A DNA stretch of 64,000 nt from Vicugna vicugna. Its lineage: Eukaryota. The stretch spans positions 1,296,545 through 1,360,544 of the forward strand of contig MU057416.1 of the NCBI GenBank assembly GCA_013265495.1, in the 5' to 3' direction. The position numbers and the translations under genes are program-made. Numbering within the stretch: the first letter of the stretch is position 1; each line of letters begins with the position of its first letter. Shown here one piece after another: positions 1-12,790 of the stretch. Below the pieces are notes generated by a model. That model was not told the DNA's origin and searched no databases. It saw nothing but the letters and a program-made list of their open reading frames with translations.

Positions 1-371
1 TGGAAAGGAATTTGGCCAACGCACTTAGGAAACCCTGCTCATTTGCCCCTTCCTATGTTTACAGACCACATTAAGGCTAACCGTCAAGAAACCTGCTGAA
101 CTTGGTGGAGTTCAGTATTTCCCAAATTTGCACGTGGAACCTTTATCCAGGAAGACTTGTTAATGTACTGTGGAACTTCTATTTCTAGGATGACATGGGG
201 TACACGTGACTTAAACAGTCTAATATATGGAACAGGTCATAGAAAACTGTGATAAGTCAAGATGCAGCAGCAGAATATTTTTTAGAGAACGAAGAGGAAG
301 CGGATCCTAATTGCTCTTTGTGAATTTCATAAATCCACAGTGTTAAAAAAATGCTTTAAATATCTAGGTGA

Positions 372-952
372 ACAATCAATAGATAAATTGACAAAGAAGA
401 TGTGGTGTATCTCTCAATATGATAGATTATTACTCAGCCATAAAAAAGAATGAAATAAATCTTGCCATTTTGACAATGTGAATGGACCTGGACAGCATAT
501 GCTTAGTGAAATAAATCAGACACAGAAAGACAATTACTATATGATCTTACTTTTATGTGAAATCTAAAAAACAAATGAACAAACATATAGCAAAACAGAA
601 ACAGAGTTATAGGTACAGAGAACAAACAGGTGATGGCCAGAGAGGAGCAGGGTGTGGCAAGGGGGATTTCGATGAAGGTGGTCAAAAGGTACAAACGTCC
701 AGTTATAAGTGCTAGGGATGAAATGTGCACTGTGATAAATATGATTAACAGCACTGTAATTGTTATAAAAAAAGTTGTTAAGAGACTAAATCCAGAGTTC
801 TCATCTTCAATTTCATATCTATAGGAGATGATGGATGTTCTCTAAACTCACTGTCATAATCATTTCATGATGTATGTCAGCCAAATCATTGTGCTGTACG
901 CCTTAAATTTAGACAGTGCTGTATGTCAATTATATCTCAATAAAACTGGAAG
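372..952 (+). mobile_element. L1 LINE 3' end (L1MA9/L1MA10-like), 5'-truncated
   Basis: Typical L1 ORF2-end/3'UTR motifs (tattactcagccataaaaaagaatgaaat; atgcttagtgaaataaatcagacacagaaagaca) ending in tatatctcaataaaactgg. Confidence 0.9.
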
Positions 953-1609
953 ATTATACATAGGAACAGACACTGGGTCAAACCCTGAAACTACGCAGAA
1001 TAAGGAGGTTTCAGAAATATCCCCTTTCTCCCATGGAAACTACAGCCCGAAGTGTGGCAGGTTCCTTCTTTGTCGAGTCAGACTCTCCTCAGCCACAAAT
1101 ACACACCTGAACTATTTAAAACTCGTGCCCTAGGTGGAGCCTCCGGCAGTGTTCTTGGAAGTGAATGCCATGCGCCAGGAGAAAGGGCCACCGGTCCAAA
1201 CCTATTCTACTGCTTGAGCCCCACCTGTGTCCCCAAAAGACAGCCATGCACCTCAACAGACTCGGCCCTGCCAGAAGGTCTGCATGGTGGACAAGCCTTT
1301 TTTGCACCTTCTGTCCTTGTGGCAGAGAAAAAGCCCACAGATATCACCTGGTATGATGTTTGTCATGTTTGTTCTGTTTCTGAGAACAAGAAAGTCAAAC
1401 TTGCGGCCTCAGGGCTGCTCAAACTGTGGTCCATCTGGACCAGTTTTTACTCAATGAAAACAATTCATAACAGGAGCTGCAGGTATGTCAAGCACTCCAT
1501 GTAACAGGAAGTGAGGAGCAGCCCGATGAAAAGAGCTGCGTTTAGTGCTCTTCCACCAGGGATTCTGCAGAAAGTGCGAGAAAAGTATTTACATTAAAAC
1601 ACTAAGCAA

Positions 1610-1777
1610 GGGAGAGTGCAGCTCAGTGGTAGAGCAAGTGCCTAACACGCATAAGGCCCTAGGTTCAATCCCCAGCACCTCTGTTACAAAACAAATAAAT
1701 AAACCCAATTACCTCCCCCCTCAAAAAATAATTTTTTGAAGTAAATTAATAAATCCCCTCACCTCCCCCCAAAATAA
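1610..1777 (+). mobile_element. tRNA-Ala-derived SINE (Vic-1 type) with duplicated tail
   Basis: A box (agctcagtggt), B box (ggttcaatcc), tail aataaacccaattacctccccc repeated in degenerate form; TT/AAAA site at 1594-1599. Confidence 0.92.
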
Positions 1778-3539
1778 CTTAACAAATTGCCCTTAGATGC
1801 CCCTTCCCGTCCTTGGCTCCCTGTAGGACACTTTCTGCCCCTACACACCCATTAAGGCACAAAAGGTAACATGACTATAGCTAAGAAATTATGCATTAAA
1901 TTTGTCTCATATTCCTCTAAACGCCTGGCAGAAACACTAAGCAAAAAACAGATGCCCCATAAATACTAATCAATTAGTTAATTAACTGATCAACTAACGG
2001 CCCTGCCAGTTACTTATTATCCAAGAGAATCTAGACTTACACTGTAAACACTTTGTTCCTGTTTTACCCCAGGAGATTATTTTCTGCTTCAAGGGAGCCT
2101 CACAGTTTAAACTGGACTGTGAAAAATGAGTCCAAACAGGCTGGCCAATATTTCTCAGATTCTATTCCACCCACAAAATTTGCATTACATCTGTTGATAT
2201 TTGTCAAATGCCACCAGGCCCATCTATCTAGCAGCCTCTCCCACACAGAGTAGCCTGAGAATGTGCATATTTGCTGTCTGTTACCTAATAATTATGAGTC
2301 TTAGGGAGACTTTTAAAAGGGGTGGAAATGATAGGCAAAATAGATTTCCTCTAGGCCCGCCACACGGTTGCTTCTGAAGACAGAAGCACAGGCTTAATTT
2401 TATCACTAAGAATGACTAGTATCACATCACATTTACCATTAAGCAAGCGAGTTTACCCTGAGAAATCTCACTGTACTCAGCTGAGCTAAGACCCAGCAAC
2501 TGCTACTTAAAATGCTCATATTCAAATCGGCTAGATGTGTTTAAAGTCAAAGTCGCCCACGCACATCTGGTTAGGAGTTTGTAAGCCAAGATCCGTGCTT
2601 GTCGCACTTTCACAGAAAATGAAAGTGATACTTAATTATCAAAATAAAAATCCTCTGAATCTACATGTGTCAGACAGCTTCCTCTTTTTCTGTTATTTTC
2701 AACCCCCCAAGGAGTGGAAGAGTTTTTAAAAGAGAGTTTTGAATCTAAGAAACTAAAGTCTTTTTCTGTTCGGAAAAAGTAATTTCTTAAGGCAGGCTAT
2801 ACAGTCTTTAAGCAATGATATTCTGTAGTAAAATCAAGTATTAATCATGGCTTGGGAAATTACATTTGATTTTATAGTGTGTAAGAGTTTTTGCTCCAGC
2901 CAACGACCGAGCTCTGTGCTTCTCTGGCAGGTGTTCAGCTCCCTAATAAATGGACACCAAGTGCTGTCTTTCAATCAGCGTGACCTTCTTTAAGTTCAGA
3001 ACTGCTCCTTCAGCCTTGCTTTCCCGCTTCAGGAATATTCGAGGGCGGTTTGATGGGACACACATCCAGCATCTATGTAAGCCAGAGCAAGGCTACTGAC
3101 GGGATCCCCATCCTTATATTTCACCCCTGAAAGTTCTCTCGGGTCTGGACAATGGGCAACTGCAGGCTGGTGTCTATGCTGCCACCTCTCGGCCTTGTAA
3201 GGAAAGACATGCCAGGGAGAGGAAAACTTGTCTCCGTGTGGCATTTATGTTAGGGTCATAAATACTTCTCACGGATAGGGCGGGGAGCTCCCAGGGCCTC
3301 TGAGGAATGTTGTGTGAGCCCTGAACCCCCTCCATGGGAAAAAGCACATGCACACAAAAATACTGAACCTGAAGCCCATGCACGCAGCCCCATGTAGACC
3401 ATACGTTCAGCAAAGCAACCTCATGTGTGGTTCTATGGCCAAAAATATCTACAATGGAGGCAAGTGGGCACTCTGGGAGAATGACTAGAACACGAGACTC
3501 CGAAAGAAAAATCTGATGTTTAGTTCAAAATTATGTATT

Positions 3540-3577
<38 letters not shown>

Positions 3578-3622
3578 GAGAGGAAGGAAGGAAGGAAGGA
3601 AGGAAGGAAGGAAGGAAGGAAG
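3540..3622. repeat. Compound purine microsatellite (GAAA)n(GA)n(GGAA)n
   Basis: Directly visible. Confidence 0.99.
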
Positions 3623-4342
3623 AATCCTCCATCAAATTTTCCCTGCAGCTGAGAAGGTTTGGGTTTTGTTTCAAAGTTGATCAGTGGGAGAGGTGCTCCG
3701 GGAGCTCTGGGGGGTATTTCCAACAGAAAAATTATGCTTCCACACCTCCACTGCTGATACCTCAAGCCCTCCCAGAGCTGAGCTGTGGTCAGATGACGCG
3801 ACCCGGAGCTCAGGGCCCGTTTATTGGTTTCGTCTGCAGCAATGCCGTCTGTTTCTAAGGACACTTGCAGCCCAGGGTCGCACAGGGTCGTCAGCCACCT
3901 CTGCTTGCCTTGAACTTACGCCGGTGCTCTCCTGATCTGGGAGGCCTCAAGATAAAGCCACAGCCTCCCACCTCCTGCCTCGGGAAGAGGGGCTGGCCGA
4001 GCCCGTGGAGCGTCTAATCCACCTGGTCTTTCTCCCTAATGGGTGACTGGCAGACACCTAAAGAGGTATCGATTGGCCCAGTCCAGTTCAACACCCTAGT
4101 CTTTTCACCTGTCAGCGTGACCACGGTATTGACCCAGGAACGCTTGGAGCCCCACGCACGTTCCCTCCGCGAAATTAACACTCTCTCTGTGAGATGCCCC
4201 TTGTACTCGCTGATGCTCGGGGAGGAAGTGATGTTTTTACATCGGTGGAGGTGGAACCTGATGGCTCAGTCTGCCCGGAGGACAAGAAGTTCTCCCATCC
4301 TGCTTTTTGATTTTTATCTTTACTTTGTTCCTCTCGTGGTAG

Positions 4343-4373
4343 CCCATCAACATGCAGTATTTTATCTTGAAAG
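4343..4373 (+). other. Candidate 31-nt exon (unverified)
   Basis: Long pyrimidine tract, AG at 4341-4342, consensus donor AAG|GTAAGT at 4373/4374. Confidence 0.2.
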
Positions 4374-5149
4374 GTAAGTCATCAGTGTTTTCGGCGGGGG
4401 AAGATTCCCCGGCCTGCTGTGCAGGTTGCTACAGCTAACAGCGATTTGACAGGCTCCCAGCAACGAAGCGCTGAGCCCTAATAGTGTTGCTGCTCCCGGG
4501 GCTGGACTGCTTCAGGGGTTATACGTTTTATTAATGTAATAAAATGTAGTTTTTACAGCTCTCTACAGTATGTGATTACAAATGCACATTATTGGTATTA
4601 TCGGTGATGCTTGAGTTTCCTTTTCTATTAATGGAAACTCTGCATTTCATACATTAGTTACCCAGAGAATTAATGACGGTTTGTGCAGGTCTGTCCACAA
4701 GCAGACATTTTTAGAAGCGACTATACTCACACCGGAGCAGTCCTCTCTTTAGTAACAGGTTTTGTTCCAAAAGATGGTTTTCAGTGCATTTGTTCATAAA
4801 CACAACATAGTACAACACAAGAATGAAATGAACAGTCAGGGGAACTCAGCTGCATAAGAGAACAGGAGCTGCTGAACGTGGCGTCTGCTCTTGTAAAACT
4901 GCATCCAGAGCCATTTACGTCTGACTTTATTCACTGCATCACTAAAAATATTGATAGCAAGGACTCCAAACTCAGCTTCCAGCGTCCCCACCCCGGGGGG
5001 CGGCCCCACCCCGGCCCACAGGTCTTCCAGCACGAGCCTCCTGCCATTTGTCCCGTTGACCTTACTTGAATTCCTCAGGCGAAATCCTCCCTCCCGCCAC
5101 CGGGGCTGTGACACCCACGTTCTGCTCCTGTGGTCCGTTAACTAGCACT

Positions 5150-5428
5150 CATCTGTCACGTCCCCCCTCAAGCCACCGTTTTTCAAGGAAGGCTTCCCTT
5201 ACAAGTCCAGTTCTCCTGTGTGAGTTTCTCAGCACCTGGTACTTCTTCCTCATACTGTGGTTTTATGATCCTTGATGGTATTAGGATTAACCTCTGTCTC
5301 CTCCGTGCATACGCTATGTGAAGGCAACATCTGCTGGTGGTCCTCCCTCCAGCTCCAGTCTCTTCAGTAACCAGAGTACAGAGATGATAAATGAGTTGGT
5401 TGATTGAATGAATGAATGAGTGAATGAC
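5150..5428 (+). mobile_element. L2 LINE 3' end
   Basis: Degenerate L2 3' sequence (ttcaaggaaggcttccct...) ending in a (TGAA)n tail. Confidence 0.7.
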
Positions 5429-5761
5429 TTTATGATGTTAAATCCCTGGAGCTCTTATCCTGATCCTCGTGGGACTTTGAGCTTATGACCCACCTGACGC
5501 ACAACAGTACACATCCCTGGGCGCCATTGAAAAAAATTATTTCCACTTGTGTTTCCATCCAAACCACCTTCATCTCCTTACTGGACCCCAGGCCGATGCT
5601 CAAGGGCACGATTTCACAACACAGACAGATGCTCTGTGCAGGCTGTCGCTTCATCCACTTCAATAAGCAGCCCTTCCCAGCAGGACAACGCCCAGATCCT
5701 TTACTGCAGCTGCAGTTACTGAAACTTTCTATCCTTACTTCCCTTCTCTCTTATCTTCCAG

Positions 5762-5986
5762 AATGCTAACGTCTATCTCCCCTCTGAGCTTTGATGCAAC
5801 ACCATCACCTTCTTCTCCAGCCTTCTCAGTGACATCCACCAGCCAAGGACGTGATGTGACCAGCAGTGACCGTCCCCAGCCTTCGGGGAGCCTGGGGACA
5901 CTCTCCGACCCTTCCCGGGATGCTCGGGGCTCCTCTGGGGTTTGGGCATTTGACAGACACACATGTGACTCTGGTCAGGACACTGG
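5762..5986 (+). other. Candidate 225-nt exon (unverified)
   Basis: Strong acceptor cccttctctcttatcttccag| and donor TGG|GTAAGT; length divisible by 3; one Ser/Thr/Pro-rich frame open throughout. Confidence 0.2.
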
Positions 5987-7859
5987 GTAAGTGTAGTTTT
6001 CACTTAACAGACTTCCACGCCCAGAAGTCAAGCCCCGTCCGGTGATGACAAGTGACACCAACATAACGACCACAGTAACTCACTGTCCTGTTTAAAGACA
6101 TTATTTAGCAAAGTCAAGGTTAAAACCATGTAATGGAACAAATTAAGGATTGACGTGACATACAAGACCTCGGTGAGACTCGGCACACACCTCAGCTCAG
6201 AACCATGGCTAGGTTTCACAGCCGTGTAAAATTTTTATTGTGTTTCTTTGTACCAGCCTTAAAATATCTCAGGACAGATTGTCTGAACCCTGTTTTCAGG
6301 ACTTTTAGCCAATATAATAATCTTCACTTCCTCTACTTACTTTTAAAATTTCTGACTATGAAAAATTTAAGATTAGGACACGAGGACTGCTGTTTTCATG
6401 ACTAAAAAGGGAATCCCAGGAGGGTCTGACCAGTTTTAGCCTTGGGCTATGTGCCATTCACATTTCTTAGGGGGAAAAAGTCAATTCAGATTTTTTTGGA
6501 AAGAAGCCATCGTTTGCAGGCTCACGGCCACGAGGCGAGGGGAGAAGGCACCGGCAGCCGCAGATGTGCGCAAAGACCCCGCATCTTGTGTTTTCAAGGA
6601 AAAGATGTGAAAAGAGAGAAGTTCACTCCGAGACGCTGAGCCTGGGTAACAGCCCCGTGTGAACAGGAGGGGAAGGGGGTGCCGCGTTTTCCAGAGCTCC
6701 TGCGTCTCACCTTCGGGGACACGGCATGTCTGCAAAGTCCTGAAGGAGGGGTCACTGTCCTCGGCCCGCACCTCTGCTGACTGTCCACGCCACGGGTCAG
6801 CCGGCATTTCATCCGATTAATATATAACCACAGAGGCCAAAGAAGGAGTTTCACAATCTGCCAGTCGTCTCCATTTTCAAATTCCTGCGGGTGGAACGCA
6901 ATCAGCAGCCGGGCGTTCTCCACCCCCGACATATTTATTCTTCCTCTTCAGAGTCAAACCATTCCAAAAGGGCGAACCAAACGTGCAGCTCCGGTTTGTC
7001 CACAGTATTTAATGTTTACATACCCTAAAAATATGTAGCTTATTAATGAATGGTTTTCCAGCCTCTTCAGTAGCCTTTTTATTAGCAGGACACTCCTTCA
7101 CTTCCAGGTGTCAAGCCATCTCGCCCTGTGTGAGCTTTCTTGATGGTATTTAATATAAAGACAGAGCAGTATTTACTTCCCTCACAACAGAAGAACGGAT
7201 TGTTCTAAGGTTACACAGCCTCGGTGTGATAAAGAAAGACGGAACCTTACAAAATGATAAATATTTTCATTAAAAAACTTTAAAACTAAAAGTTCAAAGA
7301 TATGTTCTCCTCTCTTATTTCTTGTCAAAACATGACTTAAGACCCAAAACTAATCTACTTTCAATTTTATTCCATATTTCAGCCCTGTCATAGTACTCAG
7401 CGGAGAGTATTGGAATACGATCATTTTTTATTTTGTTGATGTTACCGACAGCTTTATTTCACAAAGCAATCTTACACTATGTCTACCAGTGGCAGGGGAC
7501 AGAGGTCAAATGGTCTATCCTTACAGGTAGAGAGCTTATTAAACGGCGCGTCTATTAAACCCGATGGACAGCGTAAAGAGACAGCCCAGCAAAATACTTT
7601 TAACATAGTTCAGTGAAGATATGGCTCAAAAGGGTAGTAAATAATGTAAACGGGGACCAACAAGGAATGTGTTACATTTTTTACTAGCATCTTCAAAATT
7701 GTACTTCAAACAAAGTGGTTAGAATAGTGAGGAACACAGAAGCTGCGGAGAACAGCCTGCGTTCTGTGGCAAAGTTTCCCCAGTGCGGCTCCCTCAACGC
7801 GAAGCCAAACGTTAACAAGTCAACAGTTTGACTGCAAAGTTCATTGAAAGTTATCTAGG

Positions 7860-8070
7860 CATAATTCTTATGTAATCTTGAGCCAGGATAACTGCTTTTT
7901 TAAAAATAAGTTTCCTATCATTTTTACTGTTGTTTTGGAAAAAATTGATTTTCAGTTCTATGTAAGCTAACCTTTATTCATGACAAAACTTCACTTCTAA
8001 GACGAAAAACCTGCATCAGAAGAGTAGAGTCAAAATACTGTGGAAAATATTTGTCTACTGATTATATTAA
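7860..8070 (+). mobile_element. Old L1M ORF2 fragment
   Basis: Degenerate similarity (aaaaattgat...aaaacttcacttc...tggaaaatatttg). Confidence 0.4.
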
Positions 8071-9390
8071 AATATTACATAATATTTTACATACATATAA
8101 TGTCACATAATGCTTGGGGTGGAAGTCTAGATGTGGACAAAGGACTAGAAAAAAGAGCATTTGATAGTGCAGAGTGGGGACTTTCTTTTTCTTCCCTGGT
8201 ATCTCTGGTAACTCTCTGATTATCAAAAACTAAATCTATCACCCTTCTAACAGCAGTATTTTCTCCTGTGTGGGAGTAATCACCCTTACGAACAAGCAAA
8301 AAGGGAACCCATGAGAAAGGACTCAACTTCTCATCCTCCTGGGCGAGCTGGGGTCTCTCTGCCAACCTGGGTTTTTAATAAGTTTCTCGTAAATACTCGG
8401 TCTCTCCATCTTGGTCTTGGCTACCTGGTCTCCTATCAGGCCACCGGCTCCCCGGTCTCTCGCCAGGCATAAAAACAACTTGATCAGGGGTGATTAGTAG
8501 GTCCGCCTGGTAGGATAATTAATAAGATACAGAAACATAAAACAGGAGTCGTTAAAGTTCACAATTACTTGCCTCACAGCATCACTCCAGAGGCACTGTC
8601 CTTGTGCTTGGGCACACAGTAAATCATCTACCTAAATGTATTTGCACCCAATCATTTTTTAAAGTCACAATCTTTGTAGTGTCAACTTGTCAAGGGTCAA
8701 AGGGAAGAGCAGGCAAGATTCCCAAATCAATCTGCTTGTAGAAACTGTCTCATTTCATTTCAAATTACCTGCTGTGGTTGAAACTGACGATGGACAAACC
8801 GCCTTCGTCCATAAACCATGACAGCGCGGGTCGAACTTCCGCCATCACTCATAAGGGGCCAGTCAGGCCGGTCCTGTCATTAACTACTTTTAAACGGCTG
8901 CGCGGGGTTAAGTGATCTTGCAGAGCAGCCGCAGATATAAATACTGTTTGGACAGTTTAATGTCAAGAGACAATTCCTCTGAGATTAAAACTGTGTAACC
9001 CAATAGAACAGTTGTCAATACAAGGCCCAGGCGTCCGTACGGTCCCTGGGTGCTGTGCCTCTGCGTGTGCTCCGTGTCCGTGACCCCTAGGAGACTCTGC
9101 GTGTCGTCTGGCTGCCCCGGGCAGCTCCTAGACCCTTCTGAGAATATTCCAAATGACTTCAGGCATGCAGAGGGCTGCCCTTCGGGAGGTGCTCTCAGAG
9201 GGCTTACACTCGTCCTTGAGAAGCTGACCCCAAAATGCAGGCGCCCTACTGCCGCGGGCAGATACCCTCCAGCAGCTCCAGAGCCTCGTGGCCAACTGGA
9301 ACGTCAAAGCTCTAAAGCCGGCCGTAAAATCAGGGCGGCGGGTGCAGTGACTTGTGCACAAAAGAGCCAAGATCGAAGAAATAAGGCTGA

Positions 9391-9877
9391 GGAATCTTAA
9401 AAAAAAAAAATACAAATTCTATTTACAAACCAGAAACAGACTCACAGACATAGAAAACAAATCATGGCTACCAAAGGGGAAAGGGGGTGGGAGGGATAAA
9501 TTAGGAGTTTGGAATTAACAGACAAATTACTACATATAAAACAGATAAACAATAAGGTCCTTTACTAATTTGTGAAAAACTTCTCATAGTCCTAATTTGC
9601 TGAGAGTTTTTGTTATGAATGAGTATTGAATATTGTCAAATATTCGATATTCCTCAATGAGAAAATAAAATTATTTTCCCTTTAAAAAAACAACAAGGTC
9701 CTACTCTATAGCACAGGGAACTCTATTCAATTTCTTCTAACAATATATAACGGAAAAGAATCTGAAAAGAAGATCTATACACATATGCATGTATAACTGA
9801 ATTGTTTTACTGTACACCTGAAACTAACATTGTAAATCAACTATGCTTCAATAAAAAAATTAATTTTTAAAAAAAAA
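9391..9877 (+). mobile_element. Cetartiodactyl-type L1 3'UTR, 5'-truncated, interrupted by a nested insertion
   Basis: acaaaccagaaacagactcacagacatagaaaacaaa...tatagcacagggaact...tgtacacctgaaactaacattgtaaatcaact plus poly(A); 15-bp TSD aagaaataaggctga at 9376-9390 and 9878-9892. Confidence 0.95.
9562..9687 (+). mobile_element. Nested TSD-flanked insert made of antisense old-L1 ORF2 sequence
   Basis: TSD aaacaa(t/c)aaggtcct at 9547-9561 and 9688-9702; AATAAA at 9664-9669; short A run from 9684. Confidence 0.8.
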
Positions 9878-9954
9878 AAGAAATAAGGCTGAAATAATGA
9901 TCCCATTGGCTTTAGAGAGCTTCTTCTTTGGAGCAAACACAATAATTGCTAAAG

Positions 9955-10210
9955 ATGACAGCAACTAATGTTGACCCAGTGCTTCGTGCATACTGGGCAC
10001 CTACTAAGTGCTTTGCATGCGTGACGTCGTTTAAATCTCACAGCCCGACAGAAGTCTATTTTCAGCCCCACTTTACAGGTGAGAAAGCTGCAGGCCAGAG
10101 CTGTAATATTTTGCCCCAGGTCGTCAGCTGGTGCTCATGGAAAATGGGATCAATATTGCATCTAACTCAGAAACTAGCAGACAGCTATGTCACGCGACCA
10201 CCTCCACTGT
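9955..10210 (-). mobile_element. MIR SINE
   Basis: MIR core in reverse: ccccactttacaggtgagaaagctgcaggccagag...ttgccccaggtc. Confidence 0.8.
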
Positions 10211-10708
10211 AACGATGCCCCCTGTGAGAAATTCTGCTTGCTGGACTTATAAAATATTTATAATACACTCTAGCTTAGCTCTTTTTAACATGCATTAGCT
10301 GTGTGCAAAAACGATCTGAATCATTAAAAGGAGAGATGCTAAGTTACTCACAGAGCTCAAGTGAGTTAAATCCGACTAATATACAGATAACACGAAGACT
10401 TTCCAGGGGGTATGTGTGCATGACAGTTTTAAGACAATACATTTCAAAATCCTCAGTGTCCATGTTTCCTTTCCTAAAATCGGTCTCCCTGAGTGCACAT
10501 CATGCTCACTCTAATCTTCTACCCCATTTAGGACTGCAATTCTCCAGCCTTACTTTAAAAGGTACCTGGACTCTTACCTGGTCCCCAAGGTGAAAATCTC
10601 CATGTCACCGAAGACTATCTTCCAGGCCCCTGAATCTTTCCCCCCAGTTCATCCCATAAAGAGATAGGATTCAACCAAGAGGGTCTCTGTTCAAAACTCA
10701 CCTTTAGC

Positions 10709-10822
10709 GGGGAGGATATAGCTCAAGTGGTAGAGAGCGTGCTTAGCATGCATGAGGTCCTGGGTTCAATCCCCAATACCTTCTCTAAAAATAAATAAAC
10801 CTAATTCCTCTCCCCAAAAAAA
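10709..10822 (+). mobile_element. Vic-1-type tRNA-Ala SINE
   Basis: tRNA-Ala(AGC) head plus tail; TSD caaaactcacct at 10692-10703 and 10823-10834. Confidence 0.96.
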
Positions 10823-11097
10823 CAAAACTCACCTATTGAATATGGTGTTTGATCAATTTCTAACATCACCTCCATATGGAAGGAAGGAAAATGTTAACCT
10901 TTATTATATTATAGCTGTAGGATATTTGAAAAAATTCAATTTACATGCAATGTTTTGTAGTAGAGAATTATATGGTAACTAGTAAGCCTTTCAAACATAA
11001 AGGTGTTTCATCAGGATAAAATTCTGTGGGATGGGAGAATGGAAAGCCAGTTTCAGGGAGAAATAGAAACAATGTCACAGAAGATGATGACGTGTTT

Positions 11098-11232
11098 TGT
11101 TTTTTGTTTTTCTTTGGAGGGGAGATAATTGGGTTTATTTATTTATTTATTTTTAGAGGGGGGACTGGGGATTGAACCCAGGACCTTGTGCCTGCTAAGC
11201 ACACGCTCCACCACGGAGTTGCACCTCCCCCC
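11098..11232 (-). mobile_element. Vic-1-type tRNA-Ala SINE
   Basis: Reverse-complement head and tail; TSD tgatgacgtgttt at 11085-11097 and 11235-11247. Confidence 0.96.
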
Positions 11233-11289
11233 AGTGATGACGTGTTTAAATGGGTGCTGCTGAGTATAACAGCCCCACAATGCTCGTAC

Positions 11290-11350
11290 TCCCGGGAGGC
11301 CCTTCAGCGTTGTTGACATGTTGGATGAGAGTTCTAGCATTCCTGGTCTA

Positions 11351-11395
<45 letters not shown>

Positions 11396-11490
11396 CCACA
11401 GTTGGGACCAAAAGTTCTTCCAGGTTTTGCCCAGATGCTTCCAGGGGCAGGGGTGGTGGTGTGGCAAAACTGTCTCTGGCTGTGAATACT
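11290..11490. mobile_element. MER20 (hAT-Charlie) relic containing a (CA)n
   Basis: tagcattcctggtcta...ccccacagttgggaccaaaa...ttccaggttttgcccagatgcttccaggggc...caaaactgtctctggctgtgaatact. Confidence 0.65.
11352..11393. repeat. (CA)~20 microsatellite
   Basis: Directly visible. Confidence 0.99.
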
Positions 11491-12599
11491 TAAATAAGGC
11501 AGATAACGTTTACTATACATTTTCAAAATTTAACATTTAAACTCACAATGAAAAATAACTAGATGTCCACTAGTTATTTTGTTGAGAACGCAATTTTTCA
11601 AAATTATTTTCAGAGGTGAATATAGACACACACATTTCAAGACCATTGATTTCAATAGAAACTTTGGCAGCCAGTATGGGGCCAGCAGAAGGAACGACAG
11701 CCACGGCCGGGGCCCCGCCTCTCTCAGCCTCAACTGCCAGCGTGACCCACACCACAGACGCTGAAGAGCAGCTGGACCACCTAAAGGCAGGGGCGATACT
11801 GTATTGAACGTGGCGACTTTGAATACTCAGCAGATTGAAAGAAGCAGAAATAACGACCAATACACACTATTCCTCAATAATTTTAAAGTGACATATTTTG
11901 AGGAATAAGCATAAATTGAGAGGGCCAAGCTCAGGTCAATGTGAGGAATTCTCTAGAAATATTAAGACCGAAAGGTCAGAGAGGACATGGAGTTTCTTTT
12001 GAATCTGCTGTGTTCCTTTGTAGAGTCCTTATCCATGCTGACAGCAAGTTTACAAAATTGCTTTACTGTAATTGTCTGAATATGAGTCTCTAGAGTCTGA
12101 AGTGGGTGGAGCCCAGGGGACCATCGTTTCCCATAGGTCTGATGAATGAGCCACACACTAGAAGCCAGGCCGGAGGATGAGCCAAACCACCTCTCGGGCT
12201 GCGGCAGGAAAACCACAGCACCCTAAAAGAAGAGGCTCAGCGGAAGTCCCCGCGTCGCTTTACGCTAGCGAATGCCGTCCCTTGCACACCTGCCCTACAG
12301 CGTCACACACACCAGCAACGATCTTCAGGTGTCAACTGAACATCAAAGTGTAAGTGCAATCTTTTCATTAGGGATCCTTAATGACTTACTTTAATGACTC
12401 AACCAAGCCAAAACAGAAAAAGTTCCTAACAGCAAAACCAGCAAATGCGGACAGGCAAAAAACCAAGGAGATAAAGTTACCCGTCATCTCACCGCTCGGA
12501 GAAAACAAAAATGGAATCTTGTACGTCTTCTTTGAAACTCTGTGTGTTAAAATTGGCACCTCGGGCTCTGTTCCAGCTCCTGTTTTTCACTAAGAAACT

Positions 12600-12790
12600 C
12601 CACAGGTGCTCCCCGTGCGCTTACAGCCCGTGGCAGCAACATGCCCTCCCGTCGCGGCGTCTCTGCTGACGGCGCCTGCTGGGGGGGCGGGCGTGGCGCC
12701 CGGCTTACAGGTGAGGAAGCAGAGGCCCAGGAAAGTCGGCGACTCAGACCCCAGGGCCGGTGGTCTCCCCTCCGAGCCACGCAGCCTCCA
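12600..12790 (-). mobile_element. MIR, GC-shifted
   Basis: gcttacaggtgaggaagcagaggcccaggaaagtcggcgactc matches the reversed MIR core. Confidence 0.6.

Noticed and set aside
10572..10620. Minus-strand CAG|GTAAGA donor
   Set aside because: No pyrimidine tract or promoter features upstream
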